A stretch of 63,249 nt of DNA, filler included, from Deltaproteobacteria bacterium (GTDB lineage: Bacteria; JACQOV01): assembly GCA_016202395.1 (NCBI GenBank). It is 3 parts of 3 records of this genome, joined end to end, with 100 filler letters (N's around TTAATTAATTAA, not from the genome) between each part and the next. Parts side by side here need not be neighbours in the genome. Positions count along the whole stretch, not along the records: positions 1 to 19,693 come from JACQOV010000056.1; 2 more parts are not named here. One strand, 5' to 3'. Made by a program: the position numbers and the translations under genes. This document shows positions 1-10,922 of the stretch, piece by piece. The notes below the pieces were generated by a model, which ran no database searches, was not told where the DNA came from, and worked only from the letters and a program-made list of their open reading frames with translations. Positions within the stretch are counted from its first letter, which is position 1, and each line of letters starts with the position of its first letter.

Positions 1-169
1 AGCCTTAGAGGGGTCAAAAATCTTGTGAGTGAAGCGAGAAAAAACATTCCCGTGAACTTTTCCCACCGATAGGTCCAAAATTTCTTGGAGTTGCTCCAGG
101 AAGATAAGGGTGGGCAAGTTTCAGGATTGCATTGACTTTGGGGGGAGTGTTTGAAAGAATGATCCGAAC

Positions 170-1540
170 ATGGCGTCTCCGAAGGACAAATCGAGTCTCT
201 TGATTGCGGATGAAGATCCTGTGAGTCGCCGACGCATTCGTGAGGCTCTCAAGCATCAGGGATTTGTTGTAAAGGAGGCTTCCTCTTTAACAGGGGCTCT
301 CGGGAAATGTCGGGCCGATTCTTTTGACATCATTATCACAGAGCTTTGGCTTCACTCCGAGAAAACCGCGCCGGCTGTGAGAGCTTTTAAGATGTTGCAA
401 CCCAACGCAAAGGTGATTGTCCTCACGGGGGTTTCTTCTGTGGAGAACGCTGTGGACGCCTTTCGGAATGGAGCCAGCGATTACGTTGTAAAACCGGTTA
501 TCCCGGAACAAATTATTGCTAGCTTGCACAATGTTCATTTGGAGAGGATCATGGAAACGGGAAAGCAGAAAATCCCGGTCCAACTCATGGATGTTCCTCG
601 TTCTGTTTTGAATCGCGATGCAACCCAATTGCCCAAGAAGATTTTAGGGATTTTTCTGGAGTTCCTCCATTCACACATGGGATGTGTTACCGTCGATCCT
701 GAAGGAAAAAGATGGGTTCGGCAGGGCGTTTCAGAATCCTATCGTCGGCGGTGGTTCGCTTATCTAGAAAATCGTGTCAAACAGCCGTTAGATGAGGTGT
801 CCGATTTAATAGCCTTGCGGTCTTGTCGCTTAGATCCCAAAGGGAAGAGATGGCATCTGCTCTATGTCCCTCTTCTGGTAGAGCGGATCTCTCAGGGGGG
901 ATGTTTGATGTTGCGCGACGGAAATCAGCGGTTTTTTTCAAAAAAAGAGCAAGGACAGGTCCGATTTATTGCAAGTCATATCGCAATTTCATGGCCTAAG
1001 CCCACAGAATATACCGATTTTTTAAGCCTGGCCTATTTTGATCCGCTGACTGGATTGCTCAACACGCGATTCCTGGATCTAGCCTTGGAAAAAGAGATGA
1101 CTCACTCGAAGCGTCAGCACAGCCATTTTTCCATACTGTTTATCGATCTGGATCTTTTTAAAGAGGTGACCGACGGCTATGGCCATCTTATGGGAGGAAA
1201 GGTTCTTCGAGAGTTTGCGGAGGTGTTGCAAAAGGCGGTTCGGGACCAAGATCTGGTCTTTCGATTTGGAGGAGATGAATACGTGGTGCTTCTAACTCAG
1301 GCGACACATTCGATAGCTTTGAAAATCGCAGAGCGAATTCGGAGCGCCATTGAAAGGCATCGTTTTCTTTCGAGAGAGGGGATCAATGTCTCGCTCACAG
1401 CCTCTACGGGGGTCGCTTCCTACCCCGACCATGCGGCCAAGCGAAGAGATCTTTTGCACGTCGCGGATCAAGCCATGTATTTAGCTAAGAAGTTTAGCAG
1501 AAATTCTGTTGTTTCTGCTGATAAAGTGGAGGAATCTTGA
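170..1540 (+). CDS. REC-(GAF-like)-GGDEF dinucleotide cyclase, Hypr/GacA-like
   Basis: N-terminal receiver fold (LLIADED, IVLTG, YVVKP); C-terminal DPLTGL, FIDLD, RFGGDEY, ADQAMY; RxxD I-site (RDQD) before GGDEY. Confidence 0.9.
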   Translation: MASPKDKSSLLIADEDPVSRRRIREALKHQGFVVKEASSLTGALGKCRADSFDIIITELWLHSEKTAPAVRAFKMLQPNAKVIVLTGVSSVENAVDAFRNGASDYVVKPVIPEQIIASLHNVHLERIMETGKQKIPVQLMDVPRSVLNRDATQLPKKILGIFLEFLHSHMGCVTVDPEGKRWVRQGVSESYRRRWFAYLENRVKQPLDEVSDLIALRSCRLDPKGKRWHLLYVPLLVERISQGGCLMLRDGNQRFFSKKEQGQVRFIASHIAISWPKPTEYTDFLSLAYFDPLTGLLNTRFLDLALEKEMTHSKRQHSHFSILFIDLDLFKEVTDGYGHLMGGKVLREFAEVLQKAVRDQDLVFRFGGDEYVVLLTQATHSIALKIAERIRSAIERHRFLSREGINVSLTASTGVASYPDHAAKRRDLLHVADQAMYLAKKFSRNSVVSADKVEES

Positions 1541-1584
1541 CATCATAAAAAGCATGACGTATACTTAAAACCAATTTGTACGTC
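1537..1584 (+). promoter_or_regulatory. sigma70 promoter and candidate operator of vapBC
   Basis: TTGACA(1537-1542)-17 bp-TATACT(1560-1565); inverted repeat GACGTA...TACGTC at 1556-1584 overlaps the -10. Confidence 0.7.
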
Positions 1585-1613
1585 TTATAACCCTAACCTT
1601 AGAATGGTGTATT

Positions 1614-1850
1614 GTGCAAAAAAAACTGACCCTTAGGCTCGATAGTTACTTGATAGGACTCGCAAAGGCTCGTTCAGAGCGGATGGGGAGATCTCTCTCT
1701 CAAATGGTAGCGGGTTATTTTGCCCTTCTTTCACAAAAGACTTCATCTACGAGTTTGACCCCGCTGGTTCGGTCGCTCAAGGGATCTCTTCGAGGAGCGA
1801 GGGTGGATGAGGAGGATTACCGCCGACACCTTAGGAAAAAGTACCGATGA
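1614..1850 (+). CDS. RHH-type antitoxin (DUF6364-like)
   Basis: 78 aa, KLTLRLD...SLSQMV; ATGA overlap with the PIN toxin gene. Confidence 0.8.
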   Translation: MQKKLTLRLDSYLIGLAKARSERMGRSLSQMVAGYFALLSQKTSSTSLTPLVRSLKGSLRGARVDEEDYRRHLRKKYR

Positions 1851-2275
1851 AGGTGCTTTTTGATACCAATGTCGTCCTGGATGTCCTGCTCGATAGGAGG
1901 CCTTTTTCAGCCCCAGCGGCAAGTCTCTTTGCAAAAGTGGAGACAGGAGAAATCGAGGGGAGTATTTGCGCAACAACGGTAACAACGATCCACTATATCG
2001 CAGCAAAGGCTGTTGGGACCCAGCAAGCGAGGGTTGAGGTTAAAAAAATAATGGCCCTTTTTGAGATTGCTCCTGTGAATCGCACCGTGCTCGAAACAGC
2101 CATTACAGCTAAATTTCTTGACTTTGAAGATTCTGTTATTCATGAAGCGGCAAGGCATATCGGAGCCCAAGCGATTGTGACCCGCAACCCAAAGGATTTT
2201 AAAGGGGCGGTATTGGCGATTTACACTCCACAGGAATTAGAGGCTATATTCAATCGCCACTTAACAGACCGCTAG
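1847..2275 (+). CDS. PIN-domain (VapC-like) toxin
   Basis: VLFDTNVVLD, DFEDSV, IVTRNPKDF motifs. Confidence 0.9.
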   Translation: MKVLFDTNVVLDVLLDRRPFSAPAASLFAKVETGEIEGSICATTVTTIHYIAAKAVGTQQARVEVKKIMALFEIAPVNRTVLETAITAKFLDFEDSVIHEAARHIGAQAIVTRNPKDFKGAVLAIYTPQELEAIFNRHLTDR

Positions 2276-2291
2276 AACCCACTGGTTTCCA

Positions 2292-2310
2292 CTCTCCCCA
2301 AAGGGGAGAG
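2292..2310. repeat. palindromic element, CTCTCCCC/GGGGAGAG family, intergenic copy
   Basis: ctctcccc-aaa-ggggagag; same core as the inserts in gatB and ahbD. Confidence 0.6.
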
Positions 2311-2325
2311 GATGAAATGTAAACT

Positions 2326-3582
2326 ATGAAAATATCAAGGATACGGGGATTCCGTGATGTTGTGTCACCGGAATCAGACCAATACGAGAAGATCCTTCGA
2401 ACCGCGGAATCGATTCTGAAGCCGGCTGGTTTTGAAAGGGTTTTCTTGCCGATTTTGGAGCCGACCGAGCTTTTCTCAAGAACGATTGGGGAGACCACCG
2501 ATATTGTCGAAAAGGAGATGTACACTCTCATGGATCGAAACGAAGAGTCGCTCACTTTGCGCCCGGAAGGGACGGCCGGAGCGGTGAGAGCCTATATCGA
2601 GCATTCCGAGAAAAATCAGGATCCAACCTGGAAGATCTTCTATTACGGACCGATGTTTCGACATGAGCGTCCTCAAAAGGGGCGGCAGCGGCAATTTTAT
2701 CAATTAGGGGTGGAGATTTTTGGGTGGTCTTCCCCTTGGGTCGACGCAGAACTTCTCTCTCTTTTGCAGGAGCTCTGGAGTCGTTTGGGCTTAAAAGATA
2801 TCCAGCTTCGGTTGAACTCTTTGGGATGCTCAAAGTGTCGGACCGACTATCGCAAGAGATTAATGAATTATCTGTTGCCACTCCAAAACAGGCTTTGCGC
2901 TGATTGTCAGAGACGAATTGAGCGGAACCCGCTCCGTGTTTTTGATTGTAAACAAGAGGGATGTCGTAGTGTTGTTCACGCAGCTCCTAAAACATTGGAT
3001 TCTCTTTGCGAGGATTGCAAGGGCCATCGATCTCGGTTGCTCGAGGGATTAAAAACTTTGCAGGTGTCTTATGAAGAGGATCCATCGCTTGTTCGTGGAT
3101 TGGATTATTACACCCGAACTGCTTTTGAATACACGAGCGATTCGCTTGGCGCCCAAAACGCCATTGCTGCGGGTGGACGTTATGATGACCTCGTTTCACA
3201 ATTGGGGGGGAGGCCCACTCCGGCGATTGGGGTGGCTGCGGGATTGGAGCGGCTCTCATTGCTCCTTCAACCGGATAAGAAAGAGGGGCTTAAACTTTTT
3301 GTGGCTGCTTTAGGAGAGAGGGCGGCTCAGGAGGTTGTCTCTCTGATTCGGAACCTTCGGAATGTCGGGATTTCAGTGGAATGGGATTCGGAAGGAAAGA
3401 GTCTCAAAAGCCAGATGCGCCGCGCCGATCGTTTGCAAGCCCATTACGTCTTAATTTTAGGGGATCAAGAACTCCAAAAGAGGGAGGGGATCCTGCGGGA
3501 TCTTCAAGCTCAAACCCAGGAATCGATTCCCTGGGAGCAGAGTTTAAAAATTCTTATTGACAAGTTGGGTTCAAAACGTTAG
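2326..3582 (+). CDS. hisS: histidine--tRNA ligase
   Basis: LRPEGTA, FRHERPQKGRQRQFYQ, LVRGLDYYT, GGRYD. Confidence 0.98.
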   Translation: MKISRIRGFRDVVSPESDQYEKILRTAESILKPAGFERVFLPILEPTELFSRTIGETTDIVEKEMYTLMDRNEESLTLRPEGTAGAVRAYIEHSEKNQDPTWKIFYYGPMFRHERPQKGRQRQFYQLGVEIFGWSSPWVDAELLSLLQELWSRLGLKDIQLRLNSLGCSKCRTDYRKRLMNYLLPLQNRLCADCQRRIERNPLRVFDCKQEGCRSVVHAAPKTLDSLCEDCKGHRSRLLEGLKTLQVSYEEDPSLVRGLDYYTRTAFEYTSDSLGAQNAIAAGGRYDDLVSQLGGRPTPAIGVAAGLERLSLLLQPDKKEGLKLFVAALGERAAQEVVSLIRNLRNVGISVEWDSEGKSLKSQMRRADRLQAHYVLILGDQELQKREGILRDLQAQTQESIPWEQSLKILIDKLGSKR

Positions 3583-3585
3583 AAT
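3557..3585 (+). promoter_or_regulatory. sigma70 promoter of pyr operon, overlapping the hisS 3' end
   Basis: TTGACA(3557-3562)-17 bp-TAGAAT(3580-3585). Confidence 0.75.
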
Positions 3586-3598
3586 CAGGAAAATCGAT

Positions 3599-3629
3599 CC
3601 TTTAAGCTGATCCGGTGAGATCAGCAAGG
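3599..3629 (+). promoter_or_regulatory. PyrR-binding RNA stem-loop (anti-antiterminator)
   Basis: cctttaa-gctgatc-cggtga-gatcagc-aagg resembles the PyrR binding loop (CUUUAA...UCCNGNGAG...AAGG); lies in the pyrR leader. Confidence 0.75.
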
Positions 3630-3666
3630 AGAAGCAGTGGAAGCAAGAAAAAAGAGATTTACAGGT

Positions 3667-3706
3667 AAACCCCTCAGCGATAGGTTCGCTGCAGGGGTTT
3701 TTTGTT
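3667..3706 (+). terminator. intrinsic attenuator terminator in pyr leader
   Basis: aaacccct-cagcga-taggt-tcgctg-c-aggggttt followed by a T-tract. Confidence 0.8.
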
Positions 3707-3707
3707 A

Positions 3708-3753
3708 TGGGGACATTTTTAAGTGGGGTTTTTGGGTGGAAAAAGTGTCCCCA
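3708..3753. repeat. palindromic element, GGGGACA/TGTCCCC family
   Basis: tggggacattttt...aaaaagtgtcccca; same termini as the carA insert. Confidence 0.65.
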
Positions 3754-3766
3754 CGTGGGTGAATTC

Positions 3767-4312
3767 ATGCAAACTGAACGCAAAATTCTAGACGCCGAAG
3801 CCATGGATCGAGCCCTCAGCCGAATGGCTCATGAGATCCTTGAGAGGAATCAGGGGGCAAAAAACGTCGTTCTCGTGGGTATCCGAACAGGAGGGGTCTT
3901 TATTGCGCAGAGGCTTGGCGCAAAAATTCGTGAGTTCGAGAGAATAGAGGTGCCAATCGGGATCATGGATATCACCCTTTACCGCGACGACATCGCTCTA
4001 AGAAACAAAACGCCTCAGGTTCGAGCGACAGAGATCCCATTTTCACTCGATGATAAAAATGTCGTGCTAGTCGACGATGTTCTTTTCACCGGTCGAAGCA
4101 TTCGAGCCGCCATGGATGCGATCGTTGATTTCGGTCGGCCTCAGACTTTGCAGCTCGCTGTTTTGATCGATCGCGGACATCGAGAGCTGCCCATTCGGCC
4201 CGATTACGTTGGGAAGAATATCCCCACCTCGCGACATGAGAATGTGGAGGTTTCGTTAAAAGAGAGTGGGAAAGAGGATCAAGTTTTGATTAGGGAGGGA
4301 TCCGTTGAATAA
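3767..4312 (+). CDS. pyrR: pyr operon attenuation protein / uracil phosphoribosyltransferase
   Basis: [35 protein letters not shown]; start set at ATG 3767. Confidence 0.96.
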   Translation: MQTERKILDAEAMDRALSRMAHEILERNQGAKNVVLVGIRTGGVFIAQRLGAKIREFERIEVPIGIMDITLYRDDIALRNKTPQVRATEIPFSLDDKNVVLVDDVLFTGRSIRAAMDAIVDFGRPQTLQLAVLIDRGHRELPIRPDYVGKNIPTSRHENVEVSLKESGKEDQVLIREGSVE

Positions 4313-5249
4313 CGGCTGGCAAAAAAGGCATCTTTTGGGAATTCAAGGGCTCTCAGCCACTGAGATCGAACAAATCTTAACAACGGCAGCCTCGATGAAA
4401 GAAGTTTCCCAACGCCCCATTAAAAAGGTTCCGACCCTGCGCGGGAAAACGGTTGTCAATCTTTTCTTCGAGCCGAGCACGCGAACACGAACCTCTTTTG
4501 AGATTGCGGCCAAACGACTTTCGGCCGATACGATTAATCTCACGGCCAATACAAGCAGCTTAACCAAGGGAGAAACTTTGGTGGACACGGCCCGGACCCT
4601 CGAAGCGATGGCCCCCGATGTGATTGTGGTTCGTCACTCGGTCTCAGGTGTCCCTCACCTGCTGGCTCGATGGGTTCGCTGTTCCGTCGTCAATGCCGGT
4701 GACGGCATGAATGAACATCCGACGCAGGCGCTTCTCGATCTCATGACGGTGAAGGAAAGGAAGGGGAAGATCCAAGGTTTGAAGATCGCCATCGTGGGGG
4801 ATGTGGCTCACAGTCGAGTGGCCCGTTCCAATATCTGGGGATTTACCAAGATGGGGGCAAGCGTTCGAGTCGCAGGCCCTCGAACGATGCTCCCTTTAGA
4901 GATTGAACGATTGGGGGTAGAGGCCTTTGATCGAGTGGAGTCGGCTATCGAAGGGGTTGACATCATCATGATGCTTCGGCTCCAGCTAGAACGCCAAGAC
5001 GGCGCTTATTTCCCATCCACGCGAGAGTATGCTCGTTTCTTTGGCTTGGATCTGCAAAAGCTTCGCCAAGCGCGACCCGATGTGATGATTATGCATCCGG
5101 GGCCGATCCATCGAGGAATTGAAATCGCTACCGAGGTGGCCGATGGCCCTTATTCAGTGATTTTGGAGCAGGTGGCCAATGGAGTGGCCATTCGGATGGC
5201 TCTCCTTTACTTACTCCTAGGACAAGGGAATGAAGATACGAATCCTTAA
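4305..5249 (+). CDS. pyrB: aspartate carbamoyltransferase catalytic subunit
   Basis: [25 protein letters not shown]. Confidence 0.98.
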   Translation: MNNGWQKRHLLGIQGLSATEIEQILTTAASMKEVSQRPIKKVPTLRGKTVVNLFFEPSTRTRTSFEIAAKRLSADTINLTANTSSLTKGETLVDTARTLEAMAPDVIVVRHSVSGVPHLLARWVRCSVVNAGDGMNEHPTQALLDLMTVKERKGKIQGLKIAIVGDVAHSRVARSNIWGFTKMGASVRVAGPRTMLPLEIERLGVEAFDRVESAIEGVDIIMMLRLQLERQDGAYFPSTREYARFFGLDLQKLRQARPDVMIMHPGPIHRGIEIATEVADGPYSVILEQVANGVAIRMALLYLLLGQGNEDTNP

Positions 5250-6528
5250 TGGAAAACTAATCGATCCTGGATCTTCTCACGAAGGGGAGTTCGATCTCTT
5301 GATTGAAAATGGGAAGATCGCAGCCATTGAACGACAAGGCGCCATTCCGAAGCAAGAAGGAGAGACGATTGACGCGAAGGGGCTTGCCATTTTTCCGGGA
5401 TTCGTTGACCTTCACACCCATCTTCGGGAGCCTGGAGAAGAGTACAAGGAGACGGTTCAGACCGGTTGTAATGCCGCTGTCGCAGGGGGATTTACTACCA
5501 TTTGTTGTATGGCGAACACTCATCCGGTGAATGACCACGGAGCGATCACCGAATATATTTTGGGAAAAGCGCGCGAGGCCAATGGGGTCCATGTTTATCC
5601 GATTGGAGCGGTTTCAAAAGGGCTCCAAGGGGAGGAGCTTGCGGAGATCGCCGAGATGAGGGAGGTGGGGGCTGTGGCAATCTCCGATGATGGACGACCC
5701 CTCATGAATGGCAATCTCACGCGGAGAGCGATGGAGTACGCTCGAAATTTTGATCTGCCTATGATCTCGCACTGCGAGGATAAAAATCTTTCCAGCGAAG
5801 GGGTGATGCATGAAGGGTATTGGTCGACACGACTGGGGCTTCCAGCGATTCCCTCGGCCTCTGAGGAGATCATGGTGGCTCGTGACATTCTTCTTGCAGA
5901 GTTGACGGGAGCGCATCTCCACATCGCTCATGTCAGCACGAAAGGCTCAGTGGATCTCATTCGGCGCGCCAAAGAACGCGGGATCCGGATCTCTGCGGAA
6001 GTGACCCCTCATCATCTGATTCTTACCGAGGAGGCCTTACAAGACTATGATACGAACGCGAAAGTGAATCCTCCTCTTCGCTCCGAGAAGGATCGTCAAG
6101 CTTTATGGCAGGGGTTAAAAGAAGGGGTGATCGATTGTATCGCAACCGATCATGCTCCACACGATATCAACTCTAAGAATGTCGATATCTGCCAAGCCGC
6201 TTTTGGAATGATTGGCCTAGAGACCGCGTTCTCTCTATCTTTGCGGTTGGTCGAATCGGGAACTCTTTCTCTGTCCGAGTTGATCGAAAAGATGACGATT
6301 CAACCTGCCAAACTTTTGGGGCTACCGGCAGGGACTCTTTCCATGGGCTCTCCGGCGGATTTAACGTTGGTCGACGGGAGTCGGACTTTTCGTTACTATG
6401 CGAGTTTAGGGGGCTCCAAGAGTCATAATTCCCCTTTCGATCAGTGCGAATTTAAAGGGAAGGTGGTGATGACACTCATTGCAGGCCAGGTCGTCTACAC
6501 CGAGAAAAAAGATGACAAAAAAGATTAA
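5230..6528 (+). CDS. pyrC: dihydroorotase
   Basis: [28 protein letters not shown]. Confidence 0.97.
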   Translation: MKIRILNGKLIDPGSSHEGEFDLLIENGKIAAIERQGAIPKQEGETIDAKGLAIFPGFVDLHTHLREPGEEYKETVQTGCNAAVAGGFTTICCMANTHPVNDHGAITEYILGKAREANGVHVYPIGAVSKGLQGEELAEIAEMREVGAVAISDDGRPLMNGNLTRRAMEYARNFDLPMISHCEDKNLSSEGVMHEGYWSTRLGLPAIPSASEEIMVARDILLAELTGAHLHIAHVSTKGSVDLIRRAKERGIRISAEVTPHHLILTEEALQDYDTNAKVNPPLRSEKDRQALWQGLKEGVIDCIATDHAPHDINSKNVDICQAAFGMIGLETAFSLSLRLVESGTLSLSELIEKMTIQPAKLLGLPAGTLSMGSPADLTLVDGSRTFRYYASLGGSKSHNSPFDQCEFKGKVVMTLIAGQVVYTEKKDDKKD

Positions 6529-7660
6529 AGCGATTTTAGCCTTAGAAGACGGTTCTCTTTGGGAAGGGGAATCGTTTGGTGCCGAGGGAGAAACTTCTGG
6601 AGAGGTGGTTTTCAATACCAGTCTCTCAGGGTATCAAGAGATTTTGACCGACCCCTCTTACAAAGGGCAGATTGTCTTGATGACTTGTTCCGAGATCGGC
6701 AACGTCGGTGTCAATTTGGATGACACCGAATCCCATCGCCCATTCACGGAAGGGTTTGTGGTTCGAGAGTACCTCGATCGCCCGAGCAACTGGCGATCGC
6801 TGTATTCTTTAGGCGAGTACATGAAACAGGCCGGTGTAGTGGGGATTCAAGGGGTGGATACTCGAGCGATTACACGTCGGCTTCGAATAGAAGGGGCGAT
6901 GCGAGGGATTATCTCGACTCAGGATTTGGATCCCCAAAGTTTAGTGAAAAAAGCGCGGGAGGTTCCTAGTTTGGTTGGGATCGATCTTGTTAAAGAGGTG
7001 ACCTGTTCGGAGCCTTATGAGTGGGTTGAGGGGTTATGGTCGGGGACACGATACTTATTTTCTCCAGAAAATAAGTATCGTGTCCCCGGAAAAAAAGGGC
7101 CGAAGGTCGTTGTGTGTGATTTTGGGGTGAAGCGAAATATCCTGCGAGGGCTTGTTCATGCGGGGTTTTCGGTGACCGTGGTTCCCGCTTTAACTCCTGC
7201 GCGGCAGATTTTGGATTACACCCCAGATGGGATTCTTCTTTCGAATGGCCCGGGGGATCCTGCGGCTGTAACTTATGCGGTTTCCACAACGCAGGACCTC
7301 GTCGGAAAAGTTCCGATTTTAGGGATCTGTTTGGGACACCAAATCTTAGGGTTGGCTTGTGGCTTAAAGACCTACAAACTCAAATTTGGTCATCATGGAG
7401 GGAATCATCCAGTAAAAGATCTCAAAACGGGGAAGGTTTCGATCACGGCTCAAAACCATGGGTTTGCTGTGGAGATTCCGTCGGGAGGAGGCTCTGAGTT
7501 TGAGGTGACGGAGATGAACTGTAACGACCAAACGGTGGAAGGATTAAAGCATCGGAGGTATCCGATTATTGCAGCGCAATACCATCCGGAGGCCTCGCCG
7601 GGGCCTCATGATGCCGCGCCGTTGTTTCAGAAGTTTCGTGAGATGATCGAAAATGCCTAA
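6512..7660 (+). CDS. carA: carbamoyl-phosphate synthase small subunit
   Basis: [32 protein letters not shown]; start set at ATG 6512. Confidence 0.98.
   Translation: MTKKIKAILALEDGSLWEGESFGAEGETSGEVVFNTSLSGYQEILTDPSYKGQIVLMTCSEIGNVGVNLDDTESHRPFTEGFVVREYLDRPSNWRSLYSLGEYMKQAGVVGIQGVDTRAITRRLRIEGAMRGIISTQDLDPQSLVKKAREVPSLVGIDLVKEVTCSEPYEWVEGLWSGTRYLFSPENKYRVPGKKGPKVVVCDFGVKRNILRGLVHAGFSVTVVPALTPARQILDYTPDGILLSNGPGDPAAVTYAVSTTQDLVGKVPILGICLGHQILGLACGLKTYKLKFGHHGGNHPVKDLKTGKVSITAQNHGFAVEIPSGGGSEFEVTEMNCNDQTVEGLKHRRYPIIAAQYHPEASPGPHDAAPLFQKFREMIENA
7041..7088. repeat. perfect 23-bp inverted repeat in frame inside carA (GGGGACA/TGTCCCC family)
   Basis: cggggacacgatacttattttct-cc-agaaaataagtatcgtgtccccg, 48 bp. 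Confidence 0.9.
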
Positions 7661-10600
7661 ACGCACCGACATCAAAAAAGTTTTAATTATTGGATCGGGG
7701 CCAATTGTGATCGGTCAGGCCTGTGAGTTCGACTATTCCGGAACGCAGGCCTGCAAAGCCCTTCGAGAAGAGGGCTACTCCGTGGTTTTGATCAACAGCA
7801 ATCCCGCAACGATTATGACCGATCCTGAATTCGCGGATCGAACCTACATTGAACCTCTCACCGTGGAGATGATCGAGAAAATTATTGAGAAGGAACGCCC
7901 CGATGTGTTGCTCCCCACCCTTGGGGGCCAATCTGCTTTAAATTTGGCCATCGCTTTAGCCCATCGTGGGATTTTAAAGCGTTATGGGGTTGAATTGATT
8001 GGAGCCAGTGTGGAGGCGATCGAAAAAGCGGAGGATCGAGAAAAATTTAAAAAAGCGATCCAGAAGGTCGGTTTAGAGCTTCCTCAAAGCCGCTGTGTCC
8101 GTTCGGTGAAAGAGGGGCTAGCATTTATTGATTCGATCGGGTTCCCTGCCATTTTACGTCCCTCGTTTACGTTGGGAGGAACCGGAGGAAGCATCGCCTA
8201 TAATCGAGAAGAGTTTGAAGCCGCTATTGAATGGGGGATCGCTTCAAGCCCCGTTCATGAGGTGTTGGTAGAGAAGTCGGTTTTAGGTTGGAAAGAGTTT
8301 GAGCTGGAGGTGATGCGGGATCGAAAAGACAATGTCGTTATTATCTGTTCCATCGAAAATTTCGATCCGATGGGAATTCACACCGGTGATAGCATCACCG
8401 TCGCTCCAGCTCAGACACTCACCGATAAAGAGTATCAAATCCTTCGAGACGCTGCGATCCGGATTATCCGCGAGATTGGGGTCGACACCGGCGGATCGAA
8501 TATCCAATTTGCCGTGAATCCCAAAGATGGCCGGATGGTGGTGATTGAGATGAACCCTCGTGTTTCGCGCAGCTCTGCGTTGGCCTCTAAAGCGACCGGT
8601 TTCCCCATTGCGAAGATCGCTGCAAAGTTAGCCGTGGGTTATACGCTCGATGAAATTCCTAACGACATCACTCGTGAGACACCAGCCTGTTTTGAGCCGA
8701 CGATCGACTACGTGGTGACCAAGGTTCCACGTTTTGCCTTTGATAAGTTTCCTCAAGCCGACGATACCCTGACCACGCAGATGAAGTCGGTCGGCGAGGC
8801 CATGGCGATCGGCAGGACTTTCAAAGAGTCGCTTCAAAAAGCGATTCGATCCCTCGAGATCGACCGGTGTGGATTGGACCCTGTCCTGGAGGGGGACATC
8901 TCACGGCAAGAGATCGAGGAAAAACTCAAACGCCCTAATGCCGATCGTCTTTGGGCGATTGCTGATGCCTATCGCCATGGCTTTACAACGCCGGAGATCT
9001 ATCGGCTCACGGCCATCGATCCCTGGTTTCTAGACAATGTTTGCGAGATCGTTGAGTTTGAAAAAGCGATCCAAAGGGAGAAGAGCGGTTACGGATGGCT
9101 GAAAGAGGCGAAGAGACTCGGATTCTCGGATCGAAGATTAGCAAAACTGACAGGGACGACCGAAGAGGCCATTCGATCGGAGCGAAAAAAGCAGGAGATC
9201 TTTGTAACCTTTAAACGGGTCGATACCTGCGCAGCGGAGTTCGAGGCTCACACCCCCTACCTTTATTCGACCTATGAAAAAGAGGATGAGGCGTTGATTG
9301 GCGATCAAGGGAAGAAGAAGGTCGTGATTCTCGGAGGAGGTCCCAATCGGATTGGCCAAGGGATTGAATTCGATTACTGCTGCGTTCATGGAGTGTTGGG
9401 ATTGCGTGAAGAGGGTTATGACGTGATCATGGTGAACTGCAACCCTGAAACGGTGAGCACCGATTATGATACCTCGGACAAACTCTATTTTGAGCCTCTC
9501 ACCCTTGAGGATGTTTTGAATATCGTCCATCGAGAAAGGCCGGAAGGGGTGATTGTTCAATTTGGAGGTCAAACTCCACTTCGGCTTTCTGTGCCGTTGG
9601 AGAAGGCGGGCGTTCGATTGCTGGGGACCTCCTCTGATAGCATCGATCGGGCCGAGGATCGTGAGCGGTTCCAACAGCTTCTCGAAAAGTTGCGGCTCAA
9701 GCAGCCTCCCAATGGGATCGCTCGCTCTTTGGAGGCGGCGCTCAAAGCGGCGGAGAAGGTTGGTTATCCAATCTTGGTCCGTCCCTCGTATGTTTTAGGG
9801 GGGCGTGGGATGAAGATCGTTCATGAGGGCCGATCCCTTCAGGAGTTTATGGCAGAGGCGGTAAAGATCTCTCCCGAGCATCCGGTCTTGATCGATAAAT
9901 TTTTAGAGGATGCCATTGAAGTGGATGTGGATGCTCTCTCGGATGGAGAGGAGGTCTACGTTGGCGGAATTATGGAGCACATCGAGGAGGCTGGCGTCCA
10001 TTCTGGCGATAGCGCTTGTTCTCTTCCCCCTTTTTCTTTGAGTCCCGAGATTCAAGGTGCGATCCATCAGCAAACCGTGGCTTTGGCCCGAGAGCTTGAG
10101 GTGAAAGGGTTGATGAACGTTCAATATGCGATTTACCGCAATGAGATCTATATTTTGGAGGTGAATCCTCGAGCCTCTCGAACCGTCCCCTTCGTTTCGA
10201 AGGCGACCGGAGTGCCGCTCGCCAAGCTCGCCGCGAAAGTAATGATGGGGAAGAAATTAAAAGAGTTTAATCTTCACGGAACAAAATTTTCTCATGTTGC
10301 GGTAAAAGAGGCGGTTTTTCCTTTCATTAAGTTTCCCAATGTCGACACCATTTTGGGGCCTGAGATGAAATCGACAGGGGAGGTGATGGGGATCGATGCT
10401 GATTTTGGATCGGCCTACGCGAAAGCCCAGATCGCCGCGGGCTCTTCCCTTCCTCTTCAGGGGACGGTGGTGATGACGGTGAAAGATTCCGAGAAATCGG
10501 CCTTTGCGGGGCTTGCCCGTGAGCTTGGCGAGTTGGGTTTTAAGATTTGCGCTACTCAAGGAACCGCCGCCTATTTTTCAGATCAAGGGATCTCTGTTCA

Positions 10601-10865
10601 GAGGGTGAATAAAGTGAAGGAGGGGCGTCCTCACATCGTCGATGCCATTAAAAATGGCGAGATCGCCCTTGTTTTTAACACGGTGTCGAGCCGTGATGAG
10701 CTCCAAGATTCTTATTCGATTCGAAGGACTTCTCTTGTGAAACAAGTTCCCTACAGCACCACACTGGAAGGGGCCCGCGCCATGGTCGCTGGAATCCGCG
10801 CTCTAAAAAAACAGGCCTTGCAAGTTTGTCCTCTACAAGAGTACTTAGCAGCAACCCATCTTTAA
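7653..10865 (+). CDS. carB: carbamoyl-phosphate synthase large subunit
   Basis: [18 protein letters not shown], duplicated ATP-grasp halves, MGS domain. Confidence 0.99.
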   Translation: MPKRTDIKKVLIIGSGPIVIGQACEFDYSGTQACKALREEGYSVVLINSNPATIMTDPEFADRTYIEPLTVEMIEKIIEKERPDVLLPTLGGQSALNLAIALAHRGILKRYGVELIGASVEAIEKAEDREKFKKAIQKVGLELPQSRCVRSVKEGLAFIDSIGFPAILRPSFTLGGTGGSIAYNREEFEAAIEWGIASSPVHEVLVEKSVLGWKEFELEVMRDRKDNVVIICSIENFDPMGIHTGDSITVAPAQTLTDKEYQILRDAAIRIIREIGVDTGGSNIQFAVNPKDGRMVVIEMNPRVSRSSALASKATGFPIAKIAAKLAVGYTLDEIPNDITRETPACFEPTIDYVVTKVPRFAFDKFPQADDTLTTQMKSVGEAMAIGRTFKESLQKAIRSLEIDRCGLDPVLEGDISRQEIEEKLKRPNADRLWAIADAYRHGFTTPEIYRLTAIDPWFLDNVCEIVEFEKAIQREKSGYGWLKEAKRLGFSDRRLAKLTGTTEEAIRSERKKQEIFVTFKRVDTCAAEFEAHTPYLYSTYEKEDEALIGDQGKKKVVILGGGPNRIGQGIEFDYCCVHGVLGLREEGYDVIMVNCNPETVSTDYDTSDKLYFEPLTLEDVLNIVHRERPEGVIVQFGGQTPLRLSVPLEKAGVRLLGTSSDSIDRAEDRERFQQLLEKLRLKQPPNGIARSLEAALKAAEKVGYPILVRPSYVLGGRGMKIVHEGRSLQEFMAEAVKISPEHPVLIDKFLEDAIEVDVDALSDGEEVYVGGIMEHIEEAGVHSGDSACSLPPFSLSPEIQGAIHQQTVALARELEVKGLMNVQYAIYRNEIYILEVNPRASRTVPFVSKATGVPLAKLAAKVMMGKKLKEFNLHGTKFSHVAVKEAVFPFIKFPNVDTILGPEMKSTGEVMGIDADFGSAYAKAQIAAGSSLPLQGTVVMTVKDSEKSAFAGLARELGELGFKICATQGTAAYFSDQGISVQRVNKVKEGRPHIVDAIKNGEIALVFNTVSSRDELQDSYSIRRTSLVKQVPYSTTLEGARAMVAGIRALKKQALQVCPLQEYLAATHL

Positions 10866-10922
10866 AAGGTTTTTGCTTTTCGATGAGCGGTGTGGTATGC
10901 ACAGGGTCGTGTGCTTCAAGGA

